DNA from: a virus
Lineage: Duplodnaviria > Heunggongvirae > Uroviricota > Caudoviricetes
Virus record (IMG/VR): IMGVR_UViG_2713896779_000033
DNA length: 4,162 bases
Strand: one strand, 5' to 3'
The first letter of the stretch is position 1. Each line of letters opens with the position of its first letter. The translations under genes were made by a program, and so were the position numbers. The notes under the pieces are model-generated. The model did no database searches and was not told the origin of the DNA. It saw nothing but the letters and a program-made list of their open reading frames with translations. Positions 1 to 4,162 of this stretch are shown here, piece by piece.

Positions 1-36
1 TCCTACCCACGTAATATGGACACAGGCCTAAGCGAG
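1..36. repeat. IS3 terminal inverted repeat (right end, IRR), truncated at window edge
   Basis: The window begins tcctacccacgtaatatggacacaggcc, which matches my recollection of the IS3 terminus (TGATCCTACCCAC…) minus the first 3 nt. The exact IR length is from memory and not verified. Confidence 0.5.
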
Positions 37-947
37 GTTCTGGTTTTCAAATTGTTCCGGACTGAGGCCGCCACACCAACTGTGCCGCCGCCACCGATTG
101 TAATCACATTCGATATAATTAAACACCGTTGCCCGCATTATTTCCCGGCTGATAAAGTGTTCTCCATGGATACATTCCACTTTCAGCGAATGAAAGAAGC
201 TTTCCACGCAGGCATTATCGTAGCAGCAACCTTTTGCGCTCATACTTCCACGCAGATTATGCCGCTTCAGTTGCGCCTGATAATCTGCTGAACAGTACTG
301 GCCTCCACGGTCCGTGTGAACGATAACGTTCCGGGGCCTCTTACGCCGCCACAGCGCCATCTGCAGGGCATCGCAGGCCAGTTGCGCCGTCATGCGTGGC
401 GACATTGACCAGCCAATAACGGCACGTGACCACAGGTCAATGACCACTGCCAGATACAGCCAGCCTTCATCTGTANNNNNNNNNNNNNNNNNNNNNNNNN
501 NNNNNNNNNNNNNNNNNNNNNNNNNGTACGTAAGTACGTGATGTCTCCTGCCCACTTCTGGTTCGGGCCACTGGCGTAAAAATCCTGCTCCAACAGATTT
601 TCTGACACAGGCAGGCCGTGTGCGCGGTAGCTGACCGGGCTGAACTTCCGGGAGGCCTTTGCCCTCAGTCCCTGACGGCGCAGGCTTGCCGCCACGGTTT
701 TTACGTTAAAGGGGTAACCCTGAGCACGCAGTTCATCCGTCAGGCGTGGGGCACCGTAACGCTGTTTTGACCGGGTAAAAGCCGCGAGGACAACGCTGTC
801 GCAGTGTTGGCGGAACTGCTGACGCGTGCTTATCCTTGTCCGCCGCTGACACCACGTATACCAGCCGCTGCGGGCCACCCGGAGCACGCGGCACATTGCT
901 TTGATGCTGAACTCAGCCTGATGTTTTTCAATAAAGACATACTTCAT
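28..947 (-). CDS. insF: IS3 OrfB transposase (InsF-like, DDE integrase domain); reading frame interrupted by the N-run at 476-525
   Basis: Track ORFs 390..947(-) and 28..555(-) are two pieces of one protein (…GDITYLR | [19 protein letters not shown]…). They fall in different frames only because the gap adds about 53 nt (50 N plus a duplicated 'tac'). Start ATG at 945-947 overlaps the OrfA stop. Confidence 0.9.
476..525. other. Run of 50 N: assembly/scaffold gap inside IS3 orfB
   Basis: Exactly 50 N. Flanks are …tctgta[N50]gtacgtaag…, and the IS3 OrfB protein is contiguous across the gap (ITYLR|TDEGW) with a 3-nt duplication, so the N's are inserted rather than replacing 50 real bases. Confidence 0.9.
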
Positions 948-1233
948 TTCAGGCGCTTCGCGAAGTATGTCGCGGCCTTTTGGAGGATAGCCAGCTCTTC
1001 ATCCCGTTCTGCCAGCTGGCGTTTGAGACGTGCAATCTCGGTAGACATCTCCAGTTCACGTTCAGAAGACGTCTGCTGATTTTGCTGTTTACTGCGCCAG
1101 TTGTAGAGCTGTGATTCATACAGGCTGAGTTCACGGGCTGCGGCAGTAACACCGATGCGTTCAGCAAGCTTCAGGGCTTCACTGCGAAATTCAGGCGAAT
1201 GCTGTTTACGGGGTTTTTTACTGGTTGATACTG
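944..1233 (-). CDS. insE: IS3 OrfA (InsE-like, HTH DNA-binding transposase subunit), 5' end lies in the N-run
   Basis: C-terminal 96 aa read directly (VSTSKKPRK…[13 protein letters not shown]). The track extension to 1459 runs through N's and into unrelated flanking sequence and is an artefact. Confidence 0.88.
977..981 (-). other. Probable -1 programmed ribosomal frameshift slippery site (AAAAG) for the OrfAB fusion transposase
   Basis: Minus-strand sequence …CTC CAA AAG GCC… lies 36 nt upstream of the OrfA stop and OrfB is in the -1 frame. IS3-family elements are known to frameshift at A-rich motifs in this overlap; the exact site is from recall. Confidence 0.45.
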
Positions 1234-1283
1234 NNNNNNNNNNNNNNNNNNNNNNNNNNNNNNNNNNNNNNNNNNNNNNNNNN
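1234..1283. other. Run of 50 N: assembly/scaffold gap at the IS3 left end
   Basis: Exactly 50 N. Sequence on the right side (1284-1308) does not match the expected IS3 terminus, so this is a true contig break with unknown missing length. Confidence 0.85.
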
Positions 1284-1468
1284 GAGGAAAGACCTCTGCG
1301 AGGTACGAATCCGAACCGGCCAGACGGAGGTCGCTGTCTTCGTAGCCTACGAACCTGAGGAGTAAGAGACCCGGCGGGGGCGAAATCCCCCGCCACCTCT
1401 GATGTGTCAGGCATCCTCAACGCACCCGCACTTAACCTACTTCGGCGGTTTTTTTTCACGTACTGTGG

Positions 1469-1545
1469 TTGTGAATACGATTGGTATTAGGATATGCTAA
1501 CAACATTAGCTTGACTAATTTTGTATTGACTTGATTTTTGTTAAA
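1469..1545 (+). promoter_or_regulatory. Putative promoter/operator region of the small-ORF/Doc operon, containing tandem TTGACT…TTTTGT direct repeats
   Basis: AT-rich stretch immediately upstream of the RBS at 1562-1569. Two adjacent near-repeats, ttgactaattttgta (1511-1525) and ttgacttgatttttgtta (1526-1543). Possible -35/-10 pairs exist (e.g. TTGTGA 1469-1474 / TATGCT 1493-1498) but none is compelling by eye. Confidence 0.3.
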
Positions 1546-1576
1546 GAACAGGACGGAGAAGTAAGGGGGGCACCCA

Positions 1577-1756
1577 ATGAGCTACGCACTAAAAAAACAC
1601 CCGCGATTGACTATTCCCCCTCGCGATAAAAGCGTTGTGGCAGCTCCGCGCCCGGCTATCGATGAAAATTGCACTCATCGTGAGCAGGTGAAAAATGCTT
1701 TCGATTTCGGTTTTTCTCGTTACGAGAAGGCAATGGAAGAACTTTCAAAAGTGTAA
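1577..1756 (+). CDS. Small ORF (59 aa), candidate antitoxin/partner of the downstream Doc-family toxin; no recognisable family
   Basis: ATG at 1577 preceded by a strong SD (aaggggggcacccaATG). Translation MSYALKKHPRLTIPPRDKSVVAAPRPAIDENCTHREQVKNAFDFGFSRYEKAMEELSKV*, stop TAA at 1754-1756, 18 nt before the toxin ATG and in the same frame. Missing from the ORF track, presumably because it is under the length cutoff. Confidence 0.45.
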   Translation: MSYALKKHPRLTIPPRDKSVVAAPRPAIDENCTHREQVKNAFDFGFSRYEKAMEELSKV

Positions 1757-1774
1757 TGATGGGTATTGTGCTCT

Positions 1775-2260
1775 ATGGCTGAGATTGTTGAAGGAGTGCA
1801 TTACCTTACGGTTGATGATCTTGTTGAAATCAATCGTTCCCTAATTGAATTACAGACGCCAGATGAGCTCGTTGGTGTTCTGAGTCCAGATAACTTAAGT
1901 TCTTCTCAGGCCCGTCCCAGCATGGTTCGATGGTATGAACAGACTAATGACATGTTTGTACTGGCATCGGTATTGATTGAAAGTCTGATTCAGAATCATC
2001 CGTTTGCTAATGCGAACAAACGAACAGCTATGATGGCTGGTTACGTCTTCTTGTTGTTGAATGGCTATGAATTAACAGCACCAGGCGATGAAATCGTGGA
2101 AATGGCAGAGGGACTGGCCTGCAAAACCTATACTCGAGAAGATCTCGAGAACTGGTTGTGTTATTGGTCTCGCGCGTATGACAGCCGGGAATTATGTAAA
2201 ACAGGCGCAACTATTGTTTTGTATGAAACTATCAAGTTTAAAATGGAACAGCAAAACTAA
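1775..2260 (+). CDS. Doc (death-on-curing)/Fic-family toxin, 161 aa from ATG 1775 (track uses TTG at 1766)
   Basis: Contains HPFANANKR (nt 1997-2023), matching the Doc-type Fic motif H-x-F-x-(D/N)-(A/G)-N-K-R found in P1 Doc, rather than the canonical Fic HxFx(D/E)GNGR. Motif position (His ~75) is similar to P1 Doc. Stop TAA at 2258-2260. Confidence 0.85.
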   Translation: MAEIVEGVHYLTVDDLVEINRSLIELQTPDELVGVLSPDNLSSSQARPSMVRWYEQTNDMFVLASVLIESLIQNHPFANANKRTAMMAGYVFLLLNGYELTAPGDEIVEMAEGLACKTYTREDLENWLCYWSRAYDSRELCKTGATIVLYETIKFKMEQQN

Positions 2261-2274
2261 AGGTGCTTCCAATG

Positions 2275-2298
2275 AAAACCCGCTTCGGCGGGTTTTTT
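2275..2298 (+). terminator. Rho-independent terminator downstream of the Doc-family gene
   Basis: aaaaCCCGCttcgGCGGGtttttt: 5-bp GC stem with a TTCG tetraloop followed by a T-run, flanked upstream by A's (possibly bidirectional). Lies 15 nt after the toxin stop. Confidence 0.75.
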
Positions 2299-2380
2299 GT
2301 TGTTTATTTTCGGTGAGTATGATGCATCTGGTTGTACTGATGTGGTTGGCTGATTCTGTTATTCAGGTGGCTTATTGCTG

Positions 2381-2408
2381 TTGATCGGTATGTCTTCACG
2401 GCTAGAAT
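2381..2408 (+). promoter_or_regulatory. Putative sigma70 promoter (TTGATC - 16 nt - TAGAAT)
   Basis: -35-like TTGATC at 2381-2386 and -10-like TAGAAT at 2403-2408 with a 16-nt spacer, about 80 nt upstream of the ATG at 2489. Confidence 0.35.
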
Positions 2409-2488
2409 CGAGGCTCTTAAGTAGCGCGCAGGGAGAAGAGGGATGGACCCCGAAGGGGAAGAGCTATTTATCTGGAAGGATTCTGAAG

Positions 2489-2662
2489 ATGAAAATCGAA
2501 GAATTGCGTGAAATTTTTAGTGAAAATGGCCTCTATGCTGTGCGCGTTGAGAATGGGAAAGTTGTCTACACAACGTTAATCCCTGATGATCATGTAATTT
2601 TATCTATCGAGGCATTCATTGAATACCTTGAAAGGCTCGGTTTCAAGGTAGTTCGCGAATGA
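2489..2662 (+). CDS. Hypothetical small protein (57 aa), function unknown
   Basis: ATG at 2489 with an SD-like ggaagga 8 nt upstream. Translation MKIEELREIFSENGLYAVRVENGKVVYTTLIPDDHVILSIEAFIEYLERLGFKVVRE*. The track's TTG start at 2375 and the in-frame ATG at 2390 lack an RBS and overlap the predicted promoter. Confidence 0.5.
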   Translation: MKIEELREIFSENGLYAVRVENGKVVYTTLIPDDHVILSIEAFIEYLERLGFKVVRE

Positions 2663-2670
2663 GTTATAAT
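2642..2670 (+). promoter_or_regulatory. Possible internal promoter (TTCAAG - 17 nt - TATAAT) ahead of the 199-aa gene
   Basis: Perfect -10 hexamer TATAAT at 2665-2670 with a weak -35-like TTCAAG at 2642-2647. Could be chance in AT-containing sequence. Confidence 0.2.
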
Positions 2671-2721
2671 TCGTAAGCCAGCCTGAACAACTGGCAACCT
2701 ACAGCGCCATTGGAGACAGCA

Positions 2722-3321
2722 ATGGCGCATATACAACTGGTCAAACAAACCTCTTCCGGATTACTTCTCCCGGCGACGCCGGAGAGTTGTGATTTTCTGC
2801 ATCAAATCAAAATAGGCGAGTGGATACACGCTGATTTCAAGCGCGTTCGTAACTACGCATTCCATAAGCGTTTTTTCAAACTTCTGCAACTCGGATTCGA
2901 TTACTGGACTCCGGTCGGTGGGGCGATCACTCCTCGCGAGCGAAAACTGGTGTCCGGTTTCGTTGATTATCTGTGCGAATCAGTAGGCCGGGAACATACG
3001 CCAGCTCTGAGCGAAGCCGCAGAGCAATATCTGAATACAGTTGCGACACGCAGAACCCGAGATACAGCATTGCTAAAGTCGTTTGAGGCTTTCCGCGAGT
3101 GGGTAACCATTCAGGCAGGATTTTACACCGAGCATATTTATCCTGATGGTAGTCGTGGGCGCAGGGCAAAATCTATCGCATTTGCGAACATGGACGAAAC
3201 CGAGTTTCAGCAGGTTTATAAATCTGTACTGAATGTGCTGTGGAACTGGATCCTGTTCCGTAAATTTTCCTCTCCGGAGGAAGTCGAAAATGTGGCCGCG
3301 CAGCTGCTGGAGTTTGCGTAA
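2722..3321 (+). CDS. Prophage protein of unknown function (~199 aa), tentatively DUF1367-like (family assignment from recall, unverified)
   Basis: ATG at 2722 with GGAGA at 2712-2716 (track starts at TTG 2710). Long uninterrupted ORF with stop TAA at 3319-3321 overlapping the next gene's ATG (TAATG). Sits directly upstream of the YbcO-like gene as in lambdoid prophage nin regions. Confidence 0.8.
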   Translation: MAHIQLVKQTSSGLLLPATPESCDFLHQIKIGEWIHADFKRVRNYAFHKRFFKLLQLGFDYWTPVGGAITPRERKLVSGFVDYLCESVGREHTPALSEAAEQYLNTVATRRTRDTALLKSFEAFREWVTIQAGFYTEHIYPDGSRGRRAKSIAFANMDETEFQQVYKSVLNVLWNWILFRKFSSPEEVENVAAQLLEFA

Positions 3322-3611
3322 TGGTGGATTTACGTAAAGCGGCAAAAGGTCAGATGTGTACAGTCAGAATTCCTGGCTACTGCAATCACAATCCCGAAAC
3401 GTCCGTGCTGGCGCATTACAGGCTGGCGGGGACGTGTGGAACAGCGACAAAACCACACGATATGCAGGCGGCAATTGCCTGTAGCTCATGCCACGATTTA
3501 ATCGACGGGCGGGTAAAAACCAGCGATTACACCAAAGAAGAATTGCGCCTGATGCATGCAGAAGGTGTTTTTCGCACACAAGAAATCTGGAGAAAGGAAG
3601 GTTATTTATGA
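3321..3611 (+). CDS. ybcO: YbcO-like (DUF1364) prophage protein, putative zinc-binding nuclease, 96 aa
   Basis: Translation MVDLRKAAKGQMCTVRIPGYCNHNPETSVLAHYRLAGTCGTATKPHDMQAAIACSSCHDLIDGR… closely resembles my recollection of E. coli DLP12 YbcO (…DLRKAA…C.VRIPG.CN.NPETSVLAH…). Same 96-aa length, with a Cys/His cluster including CSSC. Confidence 0.8.
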   Translation: MVDLRKAAKGQMCTVRIPGYCNHNPETSVLAHYRLAGTCGTATKPHDMQAAIACSSCHDLIDGRVKTSDYTKEELRLMHAEGVFRTQEIWRKEGYL

Positions 3612-4162
3612 TTTACCCAACAAATACAGGCAAAAGCGGGGAACGCCTTCGTCTCACCACGCTGGAAAGTGTCTGGATTCAGGGAAAACTGCGCATGTGG
3701 GGGCGCTGGTCGTATATTGGCGGCGGTAAGACGGGAAATATGTTCAACCAGTTGCTGACCTCTAAAAAGCTGACAAAAACGGCAATTAACGAGGCGCTCC
3801 GGAGGATGAAAAAAGCAGGTTTGGACAAACCTGAACTTGAGGCTTTTTTGCGGGATATGATCAACGGCAAGCAAAAAAGCTGGCTGGTGCATTGTACTGA
3901 TGCAGAGGCGTTATGCATTGATCGGGTGATTAGTGAAGTGCTGGCAGAACACCCAGGATTGATTTGTATCCTCCGGCAACGATATGAAGGGAGGGGGATG
4001 ACTAAGCGAAAAATGGCTGAATTGCTGAATGATTCACACCCTGAGTGGTGTTTTCGGACGTGCTGCAGTCGGGTAGATGTATGGCTAAATCTTGCTGAAT
4101 ATATGCTCTATCTACCGATGCGTGATGCATTCTCTTCCGGGGATCTAAAAACCGTCTGTTGA
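3608..4162 (+). CDS. Prophage protein (185 aa), possibly a Q-like late-gene antiterminator by position; family not verified
   Basis: ATG at 3608 overlaps the upstream stop (ATGA) with a strong SD (aaggaagg) 7 nt upstream, so the track's start at 3488 is rejected. Stop TGA at 4160-4162. It lies immediately after ybcO-like, where lambdoid prophages typically carry rusA/ninG/Q. It is not RusA-like by sequence and lacks the paired CxxC motifs of lambda Q, so the call is tentative. Confidence 0.7.
   Translation: MIYPTNTGKSGERLRLTTLESVWIQGKLRMWGRWSYIGGGKTGNMFNQLLTSKKLTKTAINEALRRMKKAGLDKPELEAFLRDMINGKQKSWLVHCTDAEALCIDRVISEVLAEHPGLICILRQRYEGRGMTKRKMAELLNDSHPEWCFRTCCSRVDVWLNLAEYMLYLPMRDAFSSGDLKTVC

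Larger units (their letters stand above)
1..1233 (-). mobile_element. IS3 insertion sequence (IS3 family), visible portion; right end cut 3 nt short by the window edge, left end lost in the N-run at 1234-1283
   Basis: Minus-strand translations match IS3 OrfA (…[48 protein letters not shown]…AKRLK) and OrfB ([36 protein letters not shown]…DDE-type transposase core) as I recall them. The OrfA stop and OrfB start overlap as ATGA, typical of IS3. Sequence after the second gap (1284 onward) does not match the expected IS3 left terminus. Confidence 0.9.

Noticed and set aside
1298-1320. tRNA T-arm-like sequence (ggtacgaatccgaacc)
   Set aside because: No full cloverleaf could be built by eye: no acceptor stem, no anticodon arm, and the loop does not fit the TTCGAAT-type consensus.
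16-1358. Plus-strand ORFs 16..291, 804..1079 and 1155..1358, and minus-strand ORF 949..1167, inside the IS3
   Set aside because: They lie antisense to or out of frame with the well-supported IS3 OrfA/OrfB, have no RBS and no recognisable product; 1155..1358 also runs through the N-gap. Treated as shadow ORFs.
944-1459. Track ORF 944..1459(-) with an N-terminal extension (MKKNRRSRLSAGALRMPDTSEVAG…)
   Set aside because: The extension is read through 50 N's and into non-IS3 sequence beyond a contig break. Real OrfA starts inside the gap; only the …VSTSKKPRK… onward portion is genuine.
1577-1756. Whether the 59-aa ORF is a class I Fic antitoxin (VbhA/YhfG-like)
   Set aside because: No (S/T)xxxE(G/N) inhibitory motif is present, and the toxin has a Doc-type rather than canonical Fic motif. 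It is kept only as an unclassified candidate antitoxin.
2088-2384. Plus-strand ORF 2088..2384 (98 aa)
   Set aside because: Overlaps the 3' end of the Doc-like gene in another frame and reads straight through the intrinsic terminator at 2275-2298; no RBS.
3488-3607. Upstream in-frame start at 3488 for the last gene (track 224 aa)
   Set aside because: It would overlap the YbcO-like gene by 120 nt. The ATG at 3608 has a strong SD and the classic ATGA stop/start overlap.
2028-3918. Minus-strand ORFs 2028..2210, 2927..3169, 3073..3345, 3364..3579, 3602..3892 and 3679..3918
   Set aside because: All are antisense to longer, RBS-supported, translationally coupled plus-strand genes and have no recognisable products. 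Likely shadow ORFs.
1-4162. CRISPR arrays, rRNA genes or integrase/att sites
   Set aside because: No regularly spaced direct repeats and no rRNA-like sequence were seen. The only mobile-element signature is the IS3.

Overview
The window has three parts. (1) Positions 1-1233 are an IS3 insertion sequence on the minus strand, with OrfA and OrfB recognisable by protein sequence; it is broken by two 50-nt N-runs that behave like scaffold gaps rather than length-preserving masks. (2) Positions ~1470-2300 hold a compact two-gene module on the plus strand: an unlisted 59-aa ORF with a strong RBS, followed by a Doc/Fic-family toxin carrying the Doc-type motif HPFANANKR, and closed by a clear intrinsic terminator. 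The upstream partner resembles no antitoxin I recognise, so this is the best candidate for an undescribed toxin-antitoxin or abortive-infection module. (3) Positions ~2380-4162 look like a lambdoid prophage nin/Q-type region: a 57-aa ORF, then three translationally coupled genes (a ~199-aa protein, a YbcO-like Cys-rich protein, and a 185-aa protein that may be a Q-like antiterminator). Family assignments rest on reading the translations and on recall, not on searches. Because of the gaps, the physical adjacency of IS3 to the toxin module is unverified.
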